Assembly (NCBI RefSeq): GCF_009914755.1
Contig: NC_060927.1
Origin: the human T2T-CHM13v2.0 reference genome, Homo sapiens
DNA length: 64,000 bases
Direction: 5' to 3' (one strand)
Made by a program: the position numbers and the translations under genes
Notes under the pieces: model-generated
What the model saw: the letters and a program-made list of their open reading frames with translations, nothing else
Database searches by the model: none
What the model was told of the DNA's origin: nothing
Shown here: positions 31,800-44,056 of the stretch, piece after piece
How the letters are laid out: the number at the start of each line of letters is the position of its first letter
How positions within the stretch are numbered: position 1 is the first letter of the stretch

Positions 31800-32035
31800 G
31801 TTAAGGACAAGAATACTGTATGTGCTGCAGGGGCACCATGCTAAGTGTCTCATGTACATAATCTCATTAACTTCTTGGGACAACCTTAAGGCAAGTATTA
31901 TTATCATCACGATTCTAGAGCAGGGACAACAGAGACCTGGAGATGTCAGGGTAATTCACCTAAGGCCTCGCTTCTCCAAACTGCCACCGTTGGCATTTAA
32001 ACCCAGGTCTCCTGACTCCAAATGTGTGCACTATG
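31800..32035 (-). mobile_element. MIR SINE
   Basis: 'atctcattaac...tttaaacccaggtctcctgactcca'. Confidence 0.72.
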
Positions 32036-33699
32036 CTGAATATGTATGAATACAGACATACACGCATATTGTGTACACTTACAAGTGTAGCAAATATCCA
32101 GTGCCCTAATATGGTGGTGAATATGTTTAGTTACTAATGTGAATCCAAACACCAATGAAAGATTAGAAGGAAACAAGGTTTTTAGGACCACAAGTTAAAG
32201 AGGTAGGAGAACATTAACAAAAAGGTTACAAATATCTTGCCATTAAAACCCCACAAACCATGAAGCCTGAGATTCCATTGTTTCCTGCAGCCACTGAGGC
32301 AATGCTGGCTTTGAGTCCTGAATCTGTCTCAACCGTGGTATGTAACTTTGGACAAGTCCCTTCTTTTAGCAAACTGCACTGCCCTAATTTATAAGGCCAT
32401 TGCCAAGTCTAGGATTCTACCAATTCATGCTTTTTCCAAGCTTTCAATTATTAGGTAATCAACTTTCATCGCACACCTATTTACACCTTTACCAAACTCA
32501 CTGGTCAATTATAATTCTCAGTCCCTGTTAAAAGAGAAGAATAATATTTGGGCATATGTAGACATACCCTAGAAGAGAAAAGCATTTTTTAATGAAAATA
32601 AAAAAAGAAGGGTATGGGAGTTGGGTGGAGAGATTTACTCTGATAAAGTACATCTTGAGCCCTTTCTTTCCTGGCTGGTCCATATTTCTAAATCATTTCC
32701 TTGCTTTCACATAGTAAATTTTCTGCTAGATGTCTAGATATGCTGGAGATCAGGTTACAGTGTGAAGGACAAAAGATAAAAACAATCTGCATACTTCCAT
32801 CTGGCTCTTCAGAACAAAGTCTAGAGACTTGAAATGTGAGGAGAGAAGCATGCTACTCTAGCTGCACAACAGATACAGCAAAATGTCACAGAAACAAATC
32901 TTTCAAGAGAATCCGAGATGCTGGAATGCGTATTTCACCAGAATTTACTCCGAGAGCATTAAAAAAAAAAAGTTAAGGCTCAGATACTGAACACAATGTT
33001 GCCTCTGTTACAAGAAGATGAAAAGTTGAAACAGACCAATGCATTAGAAAGTCCATACTGTACTGCAGAGATGCTATTCTTATTGCTGTCAAAAGACTCC
33101 TGGTTTTAAAACAAACAAAAAAACACCTTCTAGATTATTTATTCAGACGGTCTTGCCTAGTTTTTAGGACTCAAAAGTCAACACTCGAGGTTTGACTCTG
33201 GTCAAACTACTCCTTTGCCACATGGCATCACGCCGCGCGAGACAGATTTTCAGTATGAAAGAAACCAGCAGTTTCCAATACAAACATGGGCTTTCCAATA
33301 TATAAAATTTAAGAAAAGCCAGGGTCTGTATAGAAAACATTAAACTGGCTTATATATCAAAATCATGAGGTTTAAGCAGAAATGCAGCATTAAAATAATT
33401 TACAAAATGGCTCAACAATGAACATTTTCCTCTGTGAAAAAAACAACACCCTTAATGTTTTTCATATGGCACATAAATTTTACAATACCTGCAGGAATAT
33501 TTTCATTGGTTAAACCAACACCATAGGTCTTTTTAGCTCTTAAGCATATTACGATTCTTGCCTTTTTATGGCATTTTTGTTGTTGTTTGCACCCAATGTA
33601 ATAAGCTTTTGAGAACAAGAAACAAACCACAATAAAAAGAAAAAAGAACTACCCCTTTGTAACTGCAACTTTCACAAGAGGGGTGGGGGAGCAGAGCGA

Positions 33700-34700
33700 T
33701 CGAAATCTCGTTTTTATAGCTGCTATCTTGATGCAATTAGTGTAAAATAATTGTCTGCACAGGCCAAAGTAGAGGCTAAGTTGAGGCACTTGAGTGCATT
33801 CCCGAAAATGATTTCCCTGCCTCTTCCTTCAGCCTGCTGCAGCAGATGTTGGCTGTTAAGCCGCACAGACGACACAGTTCATGACTTTTCTAAGACGGCT
33901 GTGTGCCACATCTGCAGTTGATGAAATGGAGAGCAGAAGTGTGGCAGACACACAGAGGAGAGTGTGAGCGAGGCAGGCAGGCGCAGGCTGGGCCAAAGGA
34001 ACTGTCTTGAAGGCTGGCCTAAAAATAGACACATACTCACACTCCTCCCTCCGCAGCCAGCTCATAAAACCCGGCCTGCCTGTCCTATTATGGAGTCAGC
34101 CTATGGCAGACACTTCCTGCATCCAGCTTGGGCTGCAGATAACACAAAAGCATGGAGGCAAGAGTGGAGGGGAGCAGGCGGTGTAGCATCCTCAAACTGC
34201 AGCTTCGCTCTCCGAGCCTCGGTATAACTGGGCTGTGGTCCAAGTTCAGCTGGGCCCCCAGAGAAAGGCAATGCTTGTGTTTAGCCCGCACAATACTGAC
34301 ATAACATTAACAGATTTACATATGCAAAACTGTGAAGCAACAGGCATTCCCCCTCAATTGACCCACAGCTTGTAGTGTCTGCCGAGTTATTCCCCGCTTC
34401 GGCTCTGTAACCAAGTGGGCGGCATGCGAATACCATCTGGGTACCACTTATTGAAAACTGGCAGTCGCTCTGTAATAGGCAAGCTGGCAATAAGAGGGAA
34501 GGGAATAAATTGCATCATTTAGTTAACATCCACTTGCTTTGCGGCTGTTAAAAAACCATGACTGAATAATAATTTGGTTATTTCTTTTGCCAGAAACTGC
34601 TGTCAGCCAAATTGTACTACGCACGCTGCAGAAGTCGACTTGCAAAATTTCCACTTGAGAAGGGACTGAGGAGGATTGGGGCAAAATGGGCACCAACCTC
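33700..34700 (-). promoter_or_regulatory. Candidate internal promoter/enhancer (MEF2 + CArG + POU motifs)
   Basis: Repeat-free with visibly more CpG than the flanks; CTAAAAATAG 34019-34028; CCTATTATGG 34084-34093; ATTTACATATGCAAAA 34314-34329; minus-strand donor AGT|GTGAGT at 34041/34040. Confidence 0.55.
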
Positions 34701-35254
34701 TGGCTGTTAGCAGTGGCGACTCCTGCTGCACAGTGGCTCTGTGTCCTCCAAGTGTCATCATCCCAAATGTAGTTGACACCAAGCCCTGGTTAGCCACCTG
34801 GCCATGCTGAGCCCCAGCACCAAGCTGTGATGTGTGGTAACACCCTCAAGCAGCTCAGATCCAAGGGTGTATGTGACAAGTGGCATCTACGTGACTCTCA
34901 GCTAGCCGTGGAGGCACATGTGGCCAAGCAAAGCTTGAGCTGACATCCCCCAGTTTCTGCCTCAAAACAGAGTGGGGAAGCAGGTCCACAGAAAGCCTGA
35001 GAGCTGCAGGCCTATATCCCTCTACTTCTGTGCCTGGAGCAGGCAGACTGAATCATTTCTTTCTGGTTTACTCACCTGCTTTCAAATACAACTAACAAAG
35101 AAAGTGACAGAAACCTTAGACCACCACATAAAGGTAGAAGTGATCTTCATTCAGTAAAACCCATGTGTTTGAAGTGGTTCTCTTTTGAATATATTTGTAA
35201 AGATATGAAATTCTCTTATTTACTATATGCTGTGCCTGTGTGTGTTTACACACT

Positions 35255-35360
35255 ATATATACACATATACACACATGTATGTGTGTATACACACATATAC
35301 ACACATATACACACATATATGTGTGTATACACATACATATACACACATATATGTGTGTAT
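35255..35360. repeat. Alternating purine-pyrimidine (TA/CA/TG) compound microsatellite
   Basis: TATACACACA units with orientation flips. Confidence 0.9.
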
Positions 35361-38300
35361 TTCTATTACTTTCCTTTACTATGTCTTTTAGGAAAATCAG
35401 AGCCGAATACATACAAGTGACCAATGCCGTAGCAGTATTAAAAAGATATAAGTACTTAAAAGATATAAATAAAAATATATAAATCCTTCTATAAAGGTTA
35501 GAAATATTTTATGATATAAATCCAGTTATAAAATATGTATTTATTTCTTTTAATAATTTATATCATCTATAAACTGCTATAGCATTGGTCAATTACATAT
35601 ATTTCCACTTTGACTTTTTAAAAAGATGTATCAAAGGAAAGTAAAGAAATGGAAAAAAAAAAAAAGGAAAATTTGGAACAAAAAAAAGGAAAAAGCAGGA
35701 AAGACTAGACAGACTCTGCTGATCGTGGAAGTACTACAAGTGAACAAAGTTTGATCAAATTCAAAGAAAAAAGGAAGATGAGAACATTTGCAGTGACACC
35801 AATGGCAAAAACATACGTTTCCAAAATCCAAACCTGAAGCACTTGGGAAGGAATGGCTAAACAATCTTTCAAAGCCCAAGACATTTAAAGACCACTCCAT
35901 TTTATATGTGGGGTGGTCTTTCTGAAAAATAACACAGTTGGCTGGTCATGCATTAAAATAAGCAGAATATGATCACAAAGAGGTAAGAGAGACAAAGGAG
36001 ACAAGACCAAATCGTCATGTATTTTACAAATCACAACTGTTGTAAGTTACCATATGATTAAGTGAAACTTGGATAATAGTTCTTTTCCAGGCAATGAGGG
36101 TAGTCAAGAAAGATAATAGGGCTTTTTTTTTCCAGATTCAGCTTATGATTGTAATCTCACCTTGCTCTAAACAGCTTAGAAGGCAAAGAAAAGACAAAGT
36201 CAATTCTGTATCTAGAGACATAAAAAAATGTTAAGACTGTAAAGCAATACGCTGAATTTGCTTCTTGAAAGGATGAGAAAGAAAATGATATTTCCAAGTC
36301 ACCACGCTTGCAGTCTGTTAAAAGGAAGCAAAATAGCGATTTTAACCAGGACCATGGGTGGTAAAACAATTTTTTTTTTATTAAAAATAACCATTTTATT
36401 TACACATGTACATGCGCGCATATGCTCCCTGAAAAAAATCAGCATGCTGTCATGGAAATACCACTGGTCTGAGGGAGAGAAGGACTGGTTTTCACCAAAG
36501 CTCAGCCACTTTCTAGTTGAGTAAGTGACCTTGGGTAAGTCACAGTTTGTCTGGGCCTAATTTTCTTTTCTTTGGGAAATAGTGATATGTAACAAAGCAG
36601 TGTTAGAATTTCCCAAATCTGAGAGAAATAATGGTTTTCCTAATAGCTCTTTATTGCACATTTATCATTCCAAAATGTAAATCCATCCTATGAAAATAAA
36701 TGAATCAGAGTTACACAAGATTTCAAAATTACTCTCATTTTACTTTGCAAATTACACTTAGGGTAAATATTGATGGGGTTTTGTTTGTTTTTAAAAATAC
36801 ACATGCTGAAGGACTGAACTGCCTTATGCAAATATTTATCTTCTAGAACATTATATGCTCCTTAATGTTTGTTTAAAATCCTAAAAGTTTTCAGTAACTG
36901 CAAGATTTCTATTTAATATGCAATTCCATAATAAATAGCTATAATATAAATTTAACCTATATATATCGTTTTCGCAATAGGTAGGAACCAAAAGTAAAAG
37001 TCTGAAGAACCTACAACCCAAATATGATGTAAGCCAGCTTAAGATTTTGGAAAATATTACATTCCTAGAAAACAGATTTTTAAGCTATTGCCATGTCCCT
37101 TTTGTTGCTGCATATTTAAAAGTAATCACACTCTCCCTGGTTTTCACTGTTTTATTCATCTTAAGCTCCTCTACCAGTGAACCATGGGCACAGGTTTCCA
37201 GAAATCACTTTAAATGTTGCATATATCCTGGCAAAAGTCCAAAATTCTAGCCAACATCAGTATTTTCGAGTTAACCTTAATCAACTCTATTGCCTTTCAA
37301 AAGTGGAGACAATGCACTTGACCCTTGTTCCATGGAGTATGTGTGTGTGGCTTTTCCCCAGGAGGGGTCATGGATTTGCATTAATCCATACAACACCTTC
37401 CCCCACCCACCTCCCCACACTCCAACATCCAACTGCAGACATTCACAAGCCAGCTGGCGAGGGTTAGTGGTCGGTGGCCAGGTAAGAGAGTGAAGGTAAC
37501 TGGTCCACAAGAGGCAGGAATTCCCACTTTGGCCTCATTAGCAGCAGGGCCAAGCAGCCAAGGCTAAAGTTAACATTCACGAAATACACCTGGCTAATCT
37601 TGTAAAGAATAAAGATTTGCTCATTAACTGAGCTTAGAGAAAGGTGTGACCCACAAAACCGAAGAGCTATTTTCAGGTCCTTAATGGTCCAAATTTCGTG
37701 ATCAAGTTACAAATTCCATGTGGTTCTTCATAAGGTCCCTTTAAGAAACTTTTCGATGATGGAACAGTGGAGCCTCTGGCCATGTCATTCATATACACAC
37801 AGAGATGCACAAACACCTACCCACCACTTCTATGATGCAGGGTTGAATAAAGCTTAATGGAAGTTAACCTTCTAGCCTGGGTGCAAGATACCCAACCACC
37901 GAGATGCTGTTCATCAGGTACCCCAATGCAGCGAAGCACACCTCCAAAGCCTTGCTGAATGGCACTAGCACCAGTGCCACTCCTTGCTCATTTCTAAGAG
38001 GCTCCTGGACAGTGAAGTCAGGGAGCTGCCTAGCCTCTGCAGCCCACTCTAAACGGACGATGATTTGCTGATGGTGATTTCTCCTGCAAGGACTACCCAG
38101 AGCCACTAATGGAGGCAAGCGCTGGCTTGTTGCTTGAGCTTTCATCTGAAAATAAAACTGAAGGGTCAATTTTCATCATGAGCTTGAGAAAAGAAGGAAA
38201 TTGCAAAGAAAGGAAGGGGAGAGAGACAGAGACACAGAGAGGAAGAGAGAAAGGAAGGAAGGCAATTGCTTGCTACGAAGACAAAACAAATTGTGAAATC

Positions 38301-39637
38301 TAGAAATAAATACTCAGGGCTGAATTCTAACACAACTGTCACTGCTGTCAGTTTTAGGAAATAAAACTCTTATGAAATACAAAAAGGTTCAAGGGGGAAT
38401 TCAATCTATCTGAGTTTTACATAAACTAAAAATTACAGGTTTCTGAAACAGTTGGGATTAGCATTCTTCTTAGGTAGTTTAGGAAAGGTTACCCTTTCCT
38501 CCCCTTCATTTTAACACTGTGAGGGGTCTGCCTGCCTACCAAAATGCAACCAGTGCAGCCCCAACCACCAGATCAAGGAACAAACAGTGCAGGACTAGAC
38601 AGCAGGTTTGTGGAAACCCAGCAAGAACGCTCTTCTTTGAGGAAAGGAGGGCTTGGCAGGTAAACAACCATATCAGGCCTTATCCAAAAAGAAGGTAGAG
38701 GTGGGGCCTCTAGGGCGAGGCCCAGATGGTCTCCACGGATTGCTGTGCTCCTTTGGGCCCCGTTTGACCTCTTTTTAAAGGGCTCTGAATACCACTAGGG
38801 AACCAATGTCACCCAGCAAGGGCCACTCAGAGCCACACTTAAGGGGCAATGCATGTATTTTCTTCCTTCTATGACATTAGAAGGCAACTTGCTGTTCTTG
38901 GGGCCCAAGGCAGAGAAGAATGTGAACACACAAAGTTCTTGTAGAGAATTAGTCCTGGCACAATTACCTAATGGCCTCTTCAACCAAACACCTGGTTGGC
39001 TACTTATCAGTAGCAACCCTATAAGCAACCCATTCCAGCAAGGTCCAGAGAGAAGAGAGGACAGCTGTGACTATTCAATCCTTTGGTGGTCATCATCACC
39101 TCCCATATTTATGAGGCCTTTTGGCCACAATGGTCTGAGCTCTTGTTGTGTACATCTTTATTAGTTGGAAGAAAAGGTCTAAGGTTTCTTTCCCAACTCA
39201 GAGAAGTCCTCTTAAACCAAACTGACTTAGCCAGCCCCAGGTCAGTACAAACAGTCAATTTCATAAGAGGACAAAGGGCTTTGGAAAAGAAGTGAACAGA
39301 GAGAGAGGATGAGGCAATCTGCAGTTCCTCTTTGGCTGGGGCCTCTCAATGGGGCCTCATTCTTTGTCTCAAAGATAGACAGGAATTCCAGCATGGACAA
39401 CACCCCCAAGTTTAAATATACCTTTGAAAATGTGGGTGACTGGCAGATTATTGTAAACCACTGATCATCACCATTAATGTGGGTGTTTTAAAAAGTTGGC
39501 CCTATGAATGGAGGTTGAATGCAAGATCCAGCTCTAGTTTAAAACTAAACACACACATACACAAATACACACACACACAAATAGCGTAAGTTTATATGTT
39601 GGTTATTTTTCTCCCAAACAGCCTCATAACAGTCTAG

Positions 39638-40069
<432 letters not shown>

Positions 40070-40084
40070 TAAAAAGACAAAGCT

Positions 40085-40315
40085 AATACTAATAAGAATC
40101 ACTAATATTTCATCAGCATGTGCTATGTAAAAAGTAGTCAGCATTTTGTTTATACTGTATTGACTCATTTAGTCAAAGCAGGACCATGATGAGGTAAATA
40201 TTGCCATTTTACAGATTTAGGAACTAAGGCGGTGTGTTTAAATAACATATCCAAGGTTAATAAGAGGCAGAGCTGGGATTCAAACTCAGGAACGTTAACC
40301 ACTGCACAACACTGC
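40085..40315 (-). mobile_element. MIR SINE
   Basis: 'ccattttacagatttaggaactaagg...ggcagagctgggattcaaactcagg'. Confidence 0.75.
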
Positions 40316-40609
40316 CTCAAAGGTGTATTAACCCAAAGAAGTTAATTGTTGACTTCTGAGCTGCTAAGGGCCCACCAGTTGGTTATATATTGGGTTTTCA
40401 AGGTTAATATTAACTTAATGAGACTTATGCACTGACTCTATATATGATGCAACTCAACTCTTAGCAACATACTGAGCATACACCACTTAGAACTAACACA
40501 ACCGAAAGAATGATAAATTAAATAACCTTCTCCCCTACCTAGTGTTTCTTTCATGGCAACAGTTCAGTCGCTGGGGTTTTCCCTCATCTCTAACTTCTCT
40601 ACTGAGTAA

Positions 40610-40948
<339 letters not shown>

Positions 40949-41134
40949 CAAAACATATATATTTTAATAAAACATATCTCAAATATTTCAGTTCACAGGT
41001 TAGATATAATGGGAACAAAACTGTCTCAATTTCAACTGTAACATCAAATCATCACATGAACTGAGACTTGCTGAAAGCCCTTGAGGATGGAAGAAATGGT
41101 AAATTATATTACAGAATACTCTAATGCTGGGAGT

Positions 41135-41161
41135 AAAAAAAAAAAAAAAAAAAAAAAAAAA
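41135..41161 (+). repeat. Poly(A)27 tract
   Basis: Uninterrupted A run with no adjacent SINE body. Confidence 0.9.
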
Positions 41162-41534
41162 CGCTCTCTGGTAAACTTTTAATTTTTTTAGGCCTCTTTA
41201 TATTTAGAACATGCCTTTCTAAAATTTGAAGCTAAGCATATGTCAAAAAATTTTTTTTCAAAGAACCTTATTTTTAAAACTATAACTACAAATGTCAGAC
41301 AAGTTCATTGTATAAAAGTACTGCAAACAGTATAGCATAAATAAATCAAAAGCAAGTGTGTGCCCCACTCACCCTCCCGCCTCCAGCCCTAACACAGTTT
41401 ATTCTTCAGAAGTAGCCACATCATTGGAGTTGGCGATGGTACAAAGCGGGGAGAGGAGGAAGCCTGTGGAGACTTAGCTCTCTCATCTCCATGATCCCCA
41501 CCTGCCCCCAAGTAAAACGATTATAAATCACATA

Positions 41535-41770
41535 GCAAAGCTGGTTGAGAGCACAAACCCTTCAACAAAACCACGTAGGTCTCAATCCTACCTATTCCAC
41601 TTATCCGCTGTTGACCGTGAGCTAATATGTTATATAACCGCTCCGTGCCTCAGTTTCCACATCTGCAAAATGAGGATAACAGGAGTTCTTATCTCACTGA
41701 GGCCTGGTGACAGATAAATTACACAAACTAATATTTATAAAAACAATTAAAATCATACTGCCACAGAAGT
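41535..41770 (+). mobile_element. MIR SINE
   Basis: 'gtgcctcagtttccacatctgcaaaatgaggataac'. Confidence 0.8.
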
Positions 41771-43539
41771 TTTATTTAGTTATCTATTGAATATATTTTT
41801 AAACTAAATTAACATCCAGTGAATAGAAAGCAAAGCCATGGAAGCATGTGCTGAAAGTGACCAATTTAACTTGTAAAGAAAAGAAAACTACTGGAAAAAG
41901 AAGAAAATAGATTATGTTTCAATAAACCCATAAGGATACCACTTATGTGAACAAAGCCTCCATTTTTATTAATTCAACTTGGTTTGTGGTTCAAACCCTT
42001 AAGATCAGTCCATTAGACACCAGCTCATATATTCGGGTAAAAAAAGAGAATTTCTTTAGCTATTTACATTTATCATATTTATACCACTCCGCAGCATACA
42101 GCTGAGGTAAAAAGCAGCAGGCTTGCCATGCCATTGCCGCTTCCGAGAGGCCCCCTTCAAACAGAAGGCACTCTCTGCGGCTCCTCCTCAGACACGATGA
42201 AGCCGCCATTGTTGCCAGGGTTTCCTTCCAGACTTCACGGAGTTGGGTTTCACTTAGGAGACAAATTATATAACTAGAGACACAAAAATTCATGCTCACT
42301 TCAATAATATTACCAGGAAACACTGAGAAAACTGGTTTTTATCTAATATTTATGCACTTCTGAATGAGATTCTGAGGCAAATAATGCCTGGAATGGATAG
42401 CTTTAGTGTTGAGTTTGGTGTTCGTGTTCTGGCTTAAATGTTCAAAGGGGTAAATACAAATTTTTCCAAAGGAAACAATTCCTACAGCATAAAACTATCA
42501 AGGTTCCATCCACAAAAACATTCTATAAAATGTCAAGACATTTATAAAAGTGTGCTATAAAACAAAATGACATAAATTACAGGATATTTCTACTTGTTGA
42601 TTCTGAACACAACAATATTTAACTATCTTTTCCCCAAAATACTCCAGGGATTACTCAAACGCAAGGGTAAGGCATAGAAAACTACTTTTCTGTTTGGTGA
42701 ATGGCATTTCCTTGGTCAAAAGAAAACCTTAGAAGCATACCAAAAACCAAAGTAATAAATGTGGCAATGGCCTGGACAGACAGATTACAAAGATGATAGC
42801 CATGATTCACATGCATAACGTTTCCTGGTTCCTCAAGTTATAGTTTATGTTCAATACATAAACTTCTGGCATATGAAACAAACATTCTATCTTTAGTTAT
42901 TTGTTTAAATGGAACTTTGCATTTCTATTCAAAAACCAATTTTAACTGTTTTGAATAGATAACATAAAAATAGAGACAGGATCATTGCCACATAGGTGGG
43001 AGTGGTTATAACTGTGATACAACAAAACTGCCTCAGATATAAAACATTTGAATCTTTTGATCTCTACCATCTATGATCGGGCTTCTAGTATAATTCACAT
43101 GGAAAGAATTTAAAGGATGGAATATACTATTAAAGCAAATTCCCTTAAGTTTTTCATATTATTTAATTTCATCAAATGCATCAATCACCTCTAAACCATT
43201 CCCTCCAGGAAGTGTTGAAATACTCAGCATTTAGTGCCTTTATTTTATCCTAATTTTCTGCAACAATATTCAACCAAGCATGCCATTCATCCTTTACTAA
43301 GTGCCTGTCTTTGTGCAAAGATTCCACAAAGACACACAGATAACAAAACAAAATCCACCTTCAACAGAATTAAGTCTAGCTTGAAAGAGAACTGTATAAA
43401 GAACTAACTGCTACCAGTATTACTGAACATTATTCTGTAAGGCAGAACCAATGCAATAAAGCAGGAGAAAGAAATATGGGAAAAGGTGCTGATATTGCTA
43501 CCTATCAGATGTCAAATTTCTTAGTTTTTGGAAATATAA

Positions 43540-43985
43540 CAAAAACACAGCCCTAATGAAATTTCAAAAAGATAATCAAATATAAAATGTACAAAAAACA
43601 GAACTATGTACATATTAAAAATAACCAGTAAGAAAATATAAATATTTCTTTATTTTCTAGGTTCAGACACATAACTACAAAATTTTCATGAGAAATAAAA
43701 AGGAATACTTGAATAAATAATTATATTAGTTTCCTGGATGAGCAGATGTAATACAGAAAAGATAAATTTTTCTGAGGTAATTAAATATTTAGTATTACAA
43801 TCAAAATAAAAAAGGAAATTATTTTTAACAAAAAATTCCAAAGGTCATTTAGAAAAACTAAAAAATAAAAGCAAATAAAAAGTTTTAAAGTCAAATAGGG
43901 ACTATGAAATATTTGATATTAAACATATTATAAAGTACAATAATTCAGACAGTATGGAACTGGCAAAGAACTAGGCAAAATATAA
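43540..43985 (+). mobile_element. Ancient L1M ORF2 fragment
   Basis: 'gatattaaacatattataaagtacaataattcagacagtatggaactggca' resembles the L1 ORF2 C-terminal region. Confidence 0.6.
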
Positions 43986-44056
43986 TAATAATATTGATGG
44001 TATTATAATGACAGCAAGTATTTGCGTAGTTACTTAAATGCCAGGTGCTTTGTATT

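Noticed and set aside
35255-35360. Possible miRNA hairpin or CRISPR-like repeat array
   Set aside because: Low-complexity microsatellite in a eukaryotic context, with no unique spacers and no cas genes.
41101-41175. A27 tract as the tail of a processed pseudogene
   Set aside because: No upstream AATAAA, mRNA-like body or convincing TSD.
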